A DNA stretch of 64,000 nucleotides. Source: an uncultured Candidatus Saccharibacteria bacterium. Lineage in GTDB: Bacteria; Patescibacteriota; Minisyncoccia; Phycocordibacterales; SBAW01. The translations under genes and the position numbers were made by a program. The notes under the pieces were generated by a model. It had not been told where the DNA came from and ran no database searches. It saw only the letters and a list, made by a program, of their open reading frames with translations. Where the stretch lies: contig CAYZZC010000001.1 in the NCBI GenBank assembly GCA_964482995.1, forward strand, positions 4,867-68,866, given 5' to 3'. Numbering within the stretch: the first letter of the stretch is position 1; every line of letters begins with the position of its first letter. This document shows, piece by piece, positions 28,426 to 39,500 of this stretch.

Positions 28426-30678
28426 ATGCGGTTAAAGAGTATTGAGCTTTCGGGTTTTAAATCATTTGCCAAGAAAACGACGCTGGAATTTGCTTCCGCT
28501 ATTACCTCTATAGTGGGGCCCAACGGCTCTGGCAAGTCGAACACGGCAGAGGCGTTTCGTTTTGTCTTAGGCGAGCAGTCGATGAAGTCGATGCGCGGCA
28601 AGCGCGGCGAGGACCTGATCTGGAATGGGGGTGCGAGTGCTCCGCGCGCAGGCCGCGCAGGCGTTAAACTTATTTTTGACAACTCCGACCGCGCACTTAA
28701 CCTCGATTTTGACGAGGTGATGATAGAGCGCGTAGTCTACCGCGATGGCGGCAACGATTATCTGCTCAACGGCTCCGTGGTGCGCCTGCGCGATATCGCC
28801 GAGCTCTTAGCGCAGGCAAACATCGGTGCCTCGGCACACCATATTATCTCTCAGGGCGAGGCAGATCGGATACTCTCGGCCTCTAGCCGTGAGCGCAGAG
28901 AGATGATCGAAGACGCGCTCGGGCTCACCGCCTATTTATATAAAAGAGAAGAGGCTGAAAAAAAGCTGGAGAAGACGGCAGAAAACGTACGCGAGGTTGA
29001 GGCCTTGCGCCGCGAGCTTATCCCGCACCTCAAGTTTTTAAGCGCGCAGGTAAAAAAGATAGAAGAGGCTGAAGCCTTGCGCGATGAGCTGAAAGAAAAA
29101 TATAAAGAGTATCTCAAACGCGAGAGCGTGTATTTGCGGGTGGCTGAAGCAGAACTAAAACAAGAGCTTAGCGTGCCTAAGCAGGAGCGTGCAGCGCTCG
29201 ACCACCGTATCGAACATTTAAAACACGGGCTAGATGGCAAGGGTAAAAAAGACGCTTCAACCCATGAGCTTATTGTGCTTGAGGGCGAAGGCCGCCGCAT
29301 ATCCTCCAGACGCGAGGCGGCGGGGCGAGAGCTCGGGCGGATTGAGGGTGAGCTTACTGCCCATGAGCGTATCGTGCAGGTGCACGAAGGCAGTGTCCCC
29401 GCGGCAGAAGCAAACACTTTTGCACATCGGGTGCAAGAAGAGCTTGAGGCGATTTTAAACCTAAACGGGCAAGAGCTTAAGGCGCGCCTGTCGGCGCTGA
29501 TTATCCTTGCAAGAGACTTTATACGCCGGGTCAAAGAGCGATCTTCTCCGCAGGAAATTGATACCGAGGCGCTCAAACATAAAAAAATGCAACTTGAGCG
29601 CGAGCTCGGAGAGCTTACTAAAGAAGAAACAAGAGTGGCAAAGTCGGTTGAGGAGTTGCGTCTCTCGATCGAGAGCGAGAAGGACGCTTCTCGCGAGGCA
29701 GAGCGCGAGTTGTTTCAGGCAATGGCTGCGCGGAGCGCCTTGGAGACGCAGCTTGCGATGCTCCGCGCACGCGAGGAGCTTTTGGTGCGCGAGCAAGCAG
29801 CCTTTAAGGCCGAGCTTGGCGAGGCGGGTGTGCTGATCGGGCGCGAGGTGCTTGAGTATGAGGAAACGGTCATACGCGACGCAGCAGGCATCGTTTCTGA
29901 GGCAGATATGACTCAGGAAGACCGCGCACGCCAGGAGGAAAGGCGCAAAAAGCTGGAGCGCACCAAGATTAAGCTAGAGGAGATAGGTGCAGGGAACTCG
30001 GCCGAGGTCTTAAAAGAGCATAGAGAAACGACCGAGCGTGACGAGTTTCTCTTGCGTGAGCTCAGCGACCTCTCCGTTTCTTCGCAGAAACTCCATGAGC
30101 TGATCGGTGAGCTGACAAAAACTCTTGAGGTGCGTTTTGTAAACGGTATAGAAAAAATTAATGCCGAGTTTGAAAACTTTTTTAAACTGATGTTTGGCGG
30201 CGGCACCGCCAACCTCTCTATAGTAAGGGAGAAGAGGCTCAGGCGTGTTGCCCCGCAAGACATGCTTGCTGATATCGCAGACAATGTGTCCGACAGAGAC
30301 GAAGATGATGACGAAGAGATAGAGGAGGGTGTGGATATAACTATCGCGCTCCCGCATAAACGTACTAAAGGGCTCCACATGCTCTCGGGCGGGGAGCGCG
30401 CGCTCACCTCGATCGCGCTTATATTTGCAATGAGCCAGGTAAATCCGCCGCCGTTTTTGATACTAGACGAGACAGACGCCGCGCTCGACGAGGCAAACAG
30501 CAAGCGTTATGGCGACATGATCGAGAGCTTAAGCCGGAAGTCGCAGCTTATCTTGATCACCCACAACCGTGAGACCATGTCGCGCGCGGGTATCCTCTAC
30601 GGGGTTACGATGGGCCAAGACGGCATCTCCAAACTCCTTTCGGTTAAATTTGAAGACGCTTTGGCGGTTGCAAAATAG
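28426..30678 (+). CDS. smc: SMC-family chromosome-segregation ATPase, short form (750 aa, no recognisable hinge)
   Basis: SMC N-terminus (MRLKSIELSGFKSFAKKTTLEF...GPNGSGKSN...FVLGEQS). Long coiled coil. C-terminal signature LSGGERALTSIAL and Walker B FLILDETDAALD. Position after rnc is conserved. Confidence 0.75.
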   Translation: MRLKSIELSGFKSFAKKTTLEFASAITSIVGPNGSGKSNTAEAFRFVLGEQSMKSMRGKRGEDLIWNGGASAPRAGRAGVKLIFDNSDRALNLDFDEVMIERVVYRDGGNDYLLNGSVVRLRDIAELLAQANIGASAHHIISQGEADRILSASSRERREMIEDALGLTAYLYKREEAEKKLEKTAENVREVEALRRELIPHLKFLSAQVKKIEEAEALRDELKEKYKEYLKRESVYLRVAEAELKQELSVPKQERAALDHRIEHLKHGLDGKGKKDASTHELIVLEGEGRRISSRREAAGRELGRIEGELTAHERIVQVHEGSVPAAEANTFAHRVQEELEAILNLNGQELKARLSALIILARDFIRRVKERSSPQEIDTEALKHKKMQLERELGELTKEETRVAKSVEELRLSIESEKDASREAERELFQAMAARSALETQLAMLRAREELLVREQAAFKAELGEAGVLIGREVLEYEETVIRDAAGIVSEADMTQEDRARQEERRKKLERTKIKLEEIGAGNSAEVLKEHRETTERDEFLLRELSDLSVSSQKLHELIGELTKTLEVRFVNGIEKINAEFENFFKLMFGGGTANLSIVREKRLRRVAPQDMLADIADNVSDRDEDDDEEIEEGVDITIALPHKRTKGLHMLSGGERALTSIALIFAMSQVNPPPFLILDETDAALDEANSKRYGDMIESLSRKSQLILITHNRETMSRAGILYGVTMGQDGISKLLSVKFEDALAVAK

Positions 30679-30683
30679 GATAC

Positions 30684-30712
30684 TTGACAAAACATATTAT
30701 TGTGTATATAAT
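30684..30712 (+). promoter_or_regulatory. Consensus sigma-70 promoter TTGACA-17-TATAAT
   Basis: TTGACA at 30684-30689 and TATAAT at 30707-30712, with an exact 17-nt spacer. An AAGGAG SD sits 7 nt before the ATG at 30756. Confidence 0.6.
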
Positions 30713-30755
30713 TTTCTTGGACTTTGTCACAACAATCATATAAAGGAGAATAAAG

Positions 30756-31304
30756 ATGCAGGTCGCAAAAAATAAATTGATCTCTCGGGGGTATGAGCCT
30801 TGGATTACGATCTCAATTCCTCGTTTTGCAATCAATTCCAATAATTTCAAAGAAGCTTGGGGAACTAAGGACATACTTATTGAAAGGTTGGAGACTCGCG
30901 GATGGAATGTTCATTCGAAAGAATTTTTTCTCAAAGAGTCCTATCGGATCAATCCCTGCCATGAACCGAAGAAAATACAACTCGTGTGGACGACCGCGGA
31001 AATGCTCAAGGTTGTCGGAAAAAACTATGGGGTATTATACGATGCGGCCGCAGGTATGGGTCTCGGGCCAGTACCTCGTGAGGCAGCGTTCTTTCTCCCT
31101 GAAGCAAACCCTCTCTACACAATAGACCAAACATATGGGATACGGTTTGCAATCGAGCCAGCAACCGATCCCTACGACAAGAATGGGGAACCCCATGTCT
31201 TCGGTGTGAGAGTCTCTGAAGAGTACACTATTCTTGAACCACGAGTATTCTCACTTTTCAGAAATCGTGCCTCTGCTGAAGCAATGTGGGTGTTTGCAAT
31301 ATGA
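30756..31304 (+). CDS. Hypothetical protein (182 aa) in a low-GC segment
   Basis: ORF with a consensus promoter and SD. Markedly lower GC than its neighbours. No recognisable motif. Confidence 0.5.
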   Translation: MQVAKNKLISRGYEPWITISIPRFAINSNNFKEAWGTKDILIERLETRGWNVHSKEFFLKESYRINPCHEPKKIQLVWTTAEMLKVVGKNYGVLYDAAAGMGLGPVPREAAFFLPEANPLYTIDQTYGIRFAIEPATDPYDKNGEPHVFGVRVSEEYTILEPRVFSLFRNRASAEAMWVFAI

Positions 31305-31310
31305 CTTCAC

Positions 31311-31350
31311 GCCGCCTCCTTAACGGGGGCGGCATTTTCTTTTTATTTTG
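31311..31350. terminator. Bidirectional rho-independent terminator between convergent 30756 gene and rnr
   Basis: GCCGCC(tcc)-ttaac-(ggg)GGCGGC followed by ATTTTCTTTTTATTTT. Confidence 0.6.
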
Positions 31351-33364
31351 CTAGCTCAAAATCTAAATTGCGGGCAGATAAATCTGCAGCGATAAGTTTT
31401 ACTTTTACTGGGTCGCCGAGCGCGTATTTCTTTTTGGTGCGCTGGCCCACAAGCGCGTATTCTTTAGCCGAGTAGTTATAAAAATCGTCGCCAATAGTGC
31501 GCACGCGCACGAGGCCCTCGGCTGAGCTAGCTTTGTCCTCGACATAGAGCCCCCAATCAGTAACACCCGATATAACCGCGTCAAATGTCTGGCCAACCTT
31601 GCTCGACATATACTCCACTAATTTATATTTTATAGACTCGCGCTCGGCAGACACTGCCTCTGCCTCGCGCGCCGAGGCCGCGATACACAGCTTTTCTAAA
31701 TGAGCATACTCGTTGCGGGTTATCGGCTTGCCGTCTAGGCCTGCCTGCGCAGGCAGGTGTGAGGCGAGGATCCGGTGCACCAACATGTCGGGGTAGCGGC
31801 GGATAGGCGAGGTAAAGTGCGTGTAGTACTCAAATGCCAGCCCAAAGTGCCCGATATTTTTGGTCGAGTAAATCGCCTTTGCCATACTCCGGAGTGTCGC
31901 GGTGCGGATCAGATGCTCCTCAGGTTTGCCTTTTATATCAGCGAGGAGTTTTGCAATGTCGCGCGCAGAGGGGCGCTTCTTTTTATTTGCAAAGTCGTAT
32001 CCTATTGCACGCACAAAGGTCGCGAGCTCCTCAATGCGGTCTTCTTTAGGCAGGTCGTGGATGCGGTAGAGAAACACCATGTTTTTCTCCGGGACTTTTT
32101 GCGCAAGCTTTGTTATATAGGTTGCCACCTCGCGGTTGGCGAGGAGCATAAATTCCTCGATCATAAGCATGGTCTCAATGCGAGTCTTTCGCGTGACGCC
32201 AAGTGGCTTACCGGCGGGGTCGAGCTCAAACTTGACCTCGTTGTCGCCAAAGTCTATTGCGCCCTCCTTCTCACGGCCTTTGCGTAAAACACGCGCAAGC
32301 GCGCGCATGATACCAAGCTCTTCGAGCAGGGGACCCTGCGCAGCATCAAGCACTCCTTGTGCCTCTTCGTAAGTAAAACGTTTTTGTGAGCGGATTATTG
32401 ATTTCTCAAACTTTCTCTCAAGCACCTCTGCCTTATCGTTCATGCGGAATACTGCAGAGAAGGTGAGCCGGTCTTCATCGGCCTTAAGGCTGCATACATT
32501 GCCCGAGAGCTCGTGGGGGAGCATGGGGATCGTTGCGTCAACCAAATACACGCTCGTACCGCGCTTTGTGGCCTCTTCGTCGATAGCCGTGCCTGGCGCG
32601 CAAAAAAAGGTTGCGTCGGCGATATGCACGCCAATCTCGTACTCGCCGTTAGGGAGCTTGGTAACCGAGAGGGCGTCATCAAAATCCTTCGCGTCTTTAG
32701 GGTCGATAGTAAAGGTTGTCTTGTTTCGATAGTCGGCGCGGCTCTTTGATTCTGTTTCAATTATTTTTGCATGGTTTGCTTCAAGCTCGCGCGCCTCTTT
32801 TTGTACTGCTTCGGGGAAGGTGGTGCTAAACCCGTGCTCAAGCACAATCGCGTTCATCTCTACTCTGTGCTCACCAGCTTTCCCCAAGTGTTGCACGATT
32901 GTGCCGCGCGCATCGTTTTTGCCATCAAAAGAAATCAGGCGCACCAAAACTTTTTCGCCTTCGCTATAGTTGACGCCACCTTCAAGAATAATTGGTTTGT
33001 AAAAACGCACATCGTCTGGCATCGCAACAAGAACATTGTCTTTTGTTTTGAGAGTTGCGACAAACTCTTCCTTTGCGCGCGAAATTATTTTTACAACTTT
33101 ACCCTTGGGGCGGCCTGCCCGGCCAGGGGGGAAAAGGCCGGAGAGAGAGACCTCCACTGTGTCGCCATTTAGAGCTCCAGAGAGGTTTACATTTTCAATT
33201 TCTATATCCTCGTGGTTTTCACAAGGAAAGTAGCCCACCCCCTTGCGGGTGAGCTCAATAATACCGGAGAGAGTCTTTTTAGCACCTCCGCGGTCAGAGG
33301 CCGACGTATCTTTGTTCATAAGTAAGTTAAGTATAGCACGGAGTTGTATATACATATATTTCAA
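31343..33364 (-). CDS. rnr: Ribonuclease R / RNase II-family 3'-5' exoribonuclease
   Basis: N-terminal cold-shock/OB region, RNB catalytic domain and a C-terminal S1 domain (GQTFDAVISGVTDWGLYVED). The real start may be the internal Met at 33319. Contains palindrome copy 4, which encodes LPAQAG. Confidence 0.85.
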   Translation of the reverse strand: MKYMYIQLRAILNLLMNKDTSASDRGGAKKTLSGIIELTRKGVGYFPCENHEDIEIENVNLSGALNGDTVEVSLSGLFPPGRAGRPKGKVVKIISRAKEEFVATLKTKDNVLVAMPDDVRFYKPIILEGGVNYSEGEKVLVRLISFDGKNDARGTIVQHLGKAGEHRVEMNAIVLEHGFSTTFPEAVQKEARELEANHAKIIETESKSRADYRNKTTFTIDPKDAKDFDDALSVTKLPNGEYEIGVHIADATFFCAPGTAIDEEATKRGTSVYLVDATIPMLPHELSGNVCSLKADEDRLTFSAVFRMNDKAEVLERKFEKSIIRSQKRFTYEEAQGVLDAAQGPLLEELGIMRALARVLRKGREKEGAIDFGDNEVKFELDPAGKPLGVTRKTRIETMLMIEEFMLLANREVATYITKLAQKVPEKNMVFLYRIHDLPKEDRIEELATFVRAIGYDFANKKKRPSARDIAKLLADIKGKPEEHLIRTATLRSMAKAIYSTKNIGHFGLAFEYYTHFTSPIRRYPDMLVHRILASHLPAQAGLDGKPITRNEYAHLEKLCIAASAREAEAVSAERESIKYKLVEYMSSKVGQTFDAVISGVTDWGLYVEDKASSAEGLVRVRTIGDDFYNYSAKEYALVGQRTKKKYALGDPVKVKLIAADLSARNLDFELAK
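31738..31755. repeat. Perfect 18-bp palindrome CCTGCCTGC|GCAGGCAGG (family copy 4, inside rnr)
   Basis: Seen directly in sequence. Confidence 0.9.
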
Positions 33365-33598
33365 CGTATATCGGTTATCCGAGATTATTTTTAGAGGTAG
33401 TTTTTAGATGGGTATTAAAAATATAGGCCCAATAATAAGAATTAAATGAAGGGCTATAAAACTTACTATTTCTTATATATATTCTTTATATAAAATTTTC
33501 TTATACACAGTGTGGATTGTTTTTATAGGCAACAGCTGAGATGTCTTTTAATATCAAGGTATCTCAGCTCTTTCTTGAGACGAGTTTTTTAACATAGT

Positions 33599-36500
33599 AT
33601 GGACGAACTGAATTTTATTTCAGCAAAAGAGGCGGCTAAAATCCTGGGCTATGCTCCAGAGTATGTAGCGCACCTTTGCCGAAGCGGCCAACTCGCTGCA
33701 CAGAGGAAGGGAAATGCTTGGTCGATCAACAAGGTGTCCGTAGAGGCTTTCCAAGAACTGGTTAAGCAAGAACAAGAGCTACGCTCAAAGACACTTTCGC
33801 GCCAGCTTCGTAAAGAGAACAAAGAGAAAAAGGGTATCCCTTTTTTCTTTTCAAACAAATCACTTGTGTCTCGTGTTGCGCTGGGGGCCGCACTCTTTGT
33901 TATGTTTGCAGTTGGAGTGCAAGCAGTTGGTGTCGCTTCAAACAACAATGCTGGTATAACGGCAGCTCTCGGCCAGGTCGAGTCGCCTTTTTTTGGCGCC
34001 AATCCTTTTTCTCTCTTTTCAAATTTGTTTTCAAAATTCTTTGCACAAGCTCCTACAAAAATTACAGCTCCGGATACAAAACCTCTTCCCGTAGCATCTT
34101 CTACCGTAGTTACCAATAACATCAACAACACTACTACGACAAATAATAATACCTACAACACAAACAACACGTACACGTATACAACCGCAGGTGTCTCGGC
34201 AATCGAGTTTGATACAAAAATTAATGGTCTTAGGCAAGAAATATTCTCAAGTATAAACAGTGTGCAGGGGCCATACTCCTCAGGCGGAGTGACCAACAAT
34301 ATTGCTGCTTCGCAAAAGATAGACAAGCTCTCTGGCGTAACAATCAGTAATTCAACGGTGCACAGCCTTTCCGGCCTCACCGATGCCGATGTCCCCGACA
34401 CGATCACTGTCTCTCAATATTTGCCGCTTCTGGGCGGTACGGTCTCGGGCGACCTCACCATAACCGGCACTTGCACAGGGTGCGGTGGAGGCGGCAGCGG
34501 TGACAATGACTGGTCATATTTTAATAACTCCGGCGTGAGGCTTGCCACTACTACTAACCAAGTGCTCATCGGCGGCTCTGCAACCTCAACCTTTGCTAAA
34601 CTCCAAGTGGTTGGCGGCGCAGTGATCGACTTTGCAACAACTACGAGTTTTTTCAGCAGCACCTCCTCCTCGACAGAGTCATACACAACTACGGCGACAA
34701 TTAGCACTGCAAATATCGGGCTAGCAACCACGACACAATTTTTTGGCTCTAACCTTTCAGTGTGTCAGGGCGGTAATCTACTCACGTGGAATGGTGGCCT
34801 CTTTGGTTGTGCGGCAGACCAAACTGCAACAGGTGCTGCCAACCCGTTTACCTGGAGCAACAACTATGGCGTCATCTCTGCAGCAACCACCTCACCACTT
34901 TGGGCGCAGAACGGCCTCTTCGCCTCCTCGACCTCGCACTTCGCAAATGGTGACTTTGCGGGAACTCTTGGAGTAGGCACTTCAACACCCTTCGCACTCC
35001 TCTCGGTACACGCCACCTCCACCACCAACTTCGCAACACTCTTTGCCGTCTCTTCAACCTCTGCGGGTGGGGGATCTGATACCACACTGTTTGTTGTTAA
35101 CAAGAATGGCAATGTTGGGATTGGGACGAGCTCTCCAAGTTATCAGCTTACGCAAAAGTCGGCCGCGGCAGAAGAAAAATCTTCACTTGGCGCCGAGCTG
35201 CTTGATTCAACCAGTTGGACCTCAACCGGGTGGACAGGCGACTTTAATGTCGGTTTTACCAACACCGGAGGCAACACCAACAACCTTTCGCGCACCACCA
35301 CCACCTTAACTGGCGTCTACTACTACATTACATTCACTATATCAGGGATGACCACCGGCAGGCTCAATGTTTCATTAGGATACGCGACTACCACGGATGA
35401 TGCCGGAGGTTACTACCAAAATGGCTCTTACACTTTCGGCCCCAGCCCCACCGTCTCAAACGGGCCTATCCAATTTATCCCTAGCTCGGGGTTCGATGGC
35501 ACAGTCTCAGCCATTTCAATGAAATTGGTTTCTGCATATAACCCCACCTACGCCATCCTCGACTCGACCGGCGCCTCGACCATTGAAACTCGCTCCTCGA
35601 CCGCCTCGCTTTTCAACACATTTATAGGCGTTGGTGCAGGACGCCTCAACTACAATGGATCAATCAACACCGCCCTAGGCTACCAAGCGCTCTACAGCAA
35701 CACCACCGGCGTCGACAACATCGCCCTCGGCTACCGGGCGCTCTACAGCAATACCACCGGCACTGACAATGCAGGCATCGGCCCCCAGGCGCTCTACAGC
35801 AACACCACCGGCTATCGAAACACCGCAATCGGCTATCAAGCGCTTAATGCAAATACTGTCGGAGGCGAAAACACAAGCGTCGGCTTTTCCGCTCTCAAGA
35901 CAAATACTACTGGCGCAGCTAACACTGCCGTAGGAGAGAACGCTCTTTTAAGAAATACTACAGGCTCATCTAACACGGCTATTGGCCAACGAAGCCTCTA
36001 CAGCAACACCACCGGCACCAACAATGTAGCCAACGGCACTATAGCGCTCTACAGTAACACTACCGGCTCCAACAATACCGCCAGTGGTTATCAAACGCTC
36101 TATTACAACACCACCGGTTCCGGCAATGTGGCCAATGGTCTACAGGCGCTCTTCAACAACCTATCCGCTACTAATACCGTTGCTGTTGGGTACCGATCCG
36201 GCTACGGCCTGGGCGGGCGATACTACAACCTGGGCGGTACATATCTCGGGTATCAAGCAGGCTACGCTGCTGCAAACTCGTCCGACTACAACACCTTCCT
36301 CGGCTATCGGGCTGGTGAGAATGTTGCCACTGGCGCTGGCAATATAATCATCGGCGCCAATATTGCTGCTACCTCAAGCACTGCCACCAACTCGCTCAAC
36401 ATAGGCAACTTGCTCTATGGGACAGGCGTCTATTCATCCTCTGGCACTTCCCCCGCAACCTCTTCTGCTCCGGTAATTAACGGTATGCTTGGCGTAGCTT

Positions 36501-39500
36501 CTTCTTCGCCCTTCGCTAAATTCTCTATTCATGCAAACAATGGGGGCACTAACACCACGCTCTTTGCAATCGGTTCATCAACACAAACCTCTACCACGAC
36601 GCTCTTTAAAATCGACAACACGGGTTCATCGACACTCCTTGGCATCGCTTCCTCAACCGGCCTGATAGTCTCTGGTCTCAATGCAGCAAGTTGCGACCTC
36701 AAAGGTGACGTCAACGGTGCTATCTACTGCGGTACAGACGCCACAACTGCTGGAGCAGCGGCATTTACGTGGGAGGATAACTTTGCTCAGATCTCTGCGG
36801 CAACAACATCGGCAATCTGGGCAAAGAACGGCCTTTTTGCTTCTTCTACCTCACGCCTCTCCACCACGACGTTCATTGGCTCAGTCGGTATTGGCACCAC
36901 CACCCCCGCATCTCTCTTCTCTATCAACGGCGTCGCCAACTTCCAAACTGGCACCTCCACTATTTATGAAAACCTCAACGTCAGAGGCCAGCTCAAAGTA
37001 GGCAATGACTCTATCTATCTCAACGGCGCAGCTACCTCCACCTTTACTAAAGGCCTCGACATCGCTGCAGGTTGCTTCTCTATCGGAGGTACTTGTGTGG
37101 GAGGCAGTGGTTCATCTCCAGGCTACATACTCTCTTCTATATATTCAACCACCTCTCCCGGCACCACCACTATATCTGTCACTGGCTCTGCAGGCTCTGC
37201 CGCAAGCTTCTCTGCCGCCGTGCTCACGCTTCCATCTGATACAGCCTATTACGTTGTTGAAGTGTGGGGGGGTGGTGGAGGTGGAGGAGACGGAGGCGGT
37301 AACGGCGGTGGCGGTGGCGGTGGCGGATATTCAAAAGAAACTTTTACTACTACGGGTCAGCGGTATTACACTGTTGGTGCTGGTGGTGCTGGTGGTACGA
37401 CCGGATCCGGTTCATCAGGCGGTTCATCCTGTTTTGGTACAAATGCAATAGCGTGTGCCTCGCCCGAACTTCAGGCAACAGGAGGTAGTGGTGGGGGTGG
37501 TGGTGGCGGTGGAAATGGTGGCGCTGGAGGAACCGGTTCAGGAGGAAACGTTAACTTTGTTGGCGGAGCAGGAAGCGACGAGCTTTCAGAAGCGGTAGCA
37601 GCCGCGGACAATCATTCTGGTGTAGGCGGTGATGCTGCTGGAGGTGGTGGCGCAGGAGCAAAGGGTGTGTCTTCTAATGGGCAAGCCGGTGATGCCGGCA
37701 CTGCCCCTGGGGGTGGAGGTGGGGGCGGAGAAGATACGGACGGCACCTCAGGCGATGGTGACGGCGGAGCCGGCGGCTCAGGCGGTTTCATCATCTACGT
37801 CTACACCCCATCGGGCAACGTCGTCACAGGCACCATCAACTCCGGCACCGCAGGCCAAGTCACCTACTACGCCGCAGACGGCACTACCATCTCCGGCACC
37901 TCAACACTTTTCATTACACCAACCGGCAACGTCGGTGTCGGCTCCACCTCACCATTCTCCAAACTTTCTATCCACGCAAACAATGGCGAGACAAACACTA
38001 CGCTCTTCGCTATCGGTTCTTCAACCGCGTCGGCAACCTCCACACTCTTTATGGTCAACGCCCAAGGCAGCGTCGGCATCGGGACATCGACACTTAATGC
38101 AAAGTTTGTGGTATCAAGCTCTGGCTCTACTGCAAGTGTATTGCAGATTGATCGCTCGGGTGCAAGCACGCAAGCTAACCTTGAGTTTCTCTCTAATGGG
38201 GCGCGAAAATGGGCCATCTATAAAACCAACGCTTCAGAGAATTTGAGCATCTATAACTATACTATTTCTGCTGATGCACTCACTATCGCATCTACGAGCA
38301 ATAACATCGGCATCGGCACCTCCTCACCGTGGCGCAAACTTTCAGTAGAAGGTTCTTCTGACCTTGGTATCAACGCACTCGCTGGCTTCTTCACCGCCAC
38401 CACCTCTACCGCATCTGTATTTCCATACGCAAGTACGACGATGGTAACCGCAGCAACCGCCAGCTCCACCAACTTAATCGTCTCCTCAGCAGGCGGAGCA
38501 GCAGGCTGTGCAACCTTCTCCACCAACGGCACCATCTCAAACACCGGCACTGCCTGCGGTTCAGGGTCTGGCACCTTCTCATTCACCCCCACCACCAACT
38601 TTGGTGTCGACGTGAACTCCACTTCAACCCCTCTTTGGTTCACCCAAGGCCTCTTCGCCTCCTCAACCTCACGCCTCTCCACCACCACCTTCATTGGCTC
38701 AGTCGGTATTGGCACCACTACCCCAGGTTCACTCTTCTCTATCAACGGCGTCGCCAACTTCCAAACTGGCACCTCCACTCTCTACGAGAACCTCAACGTC
38801 AGAGGCCAGCTCAAAGTAGGCAATGACTCTATCTATCTCAACGGCGCAGCTACCTCCACCTTTACTAAAGGCCTCGACATCGCTGCAGGCTGCTTCTCTA
38901 TCGCAGGGACGTGTGTAGGGGGTAGCGGAAGCTCCGGTACTCTTGATTCAAAAGTTTTTGCAACAACGACCACAGGCACTACTTCTGTAATATTCACCGG
39001 TGCCGTTGACAGCGATCCTTCATTCTCTGCGGCAGTCCTTACTCTTCCATCGAATACTGCATTTTATGTGGTTGAGGTGTGGTCTGGCGGCGGTGGTGGC
39101 GGTGGTGACCCTGGTGGCAGTAACGGTGGCGGAGGCGGTGGCGGAGGCGGATATTCACGCGAAACATTCACTACAATTGGCCAGCGATATTACACTGTAG
39201 GCTCTGGCGGTCTAGGCAACACAGGCTCTGGCGCAGGAACTGCTGGCGGTTCATCCTGCTTCGGCACCAATTCAACTGCTTGCACTTCACCAGAGCTTTC
39301 AGCTACAGGAGGAAATGGAAGTAGTGCTGGCGGCGGTGGCGGCGCAGGTGGGGTTGGGTCTGACGGTAATGTGAATTTGACTGGACAAGAAGGAGTAAGT
39401 GGCTCCGCCGCCAGCGGTGATGGTGGAACCGGAGCATTTGGTGGGGTGGGAGGCGCGGGAGGAGACAGCGGAGCCACTGGTATCGTTCCAGGCGGCGGCG

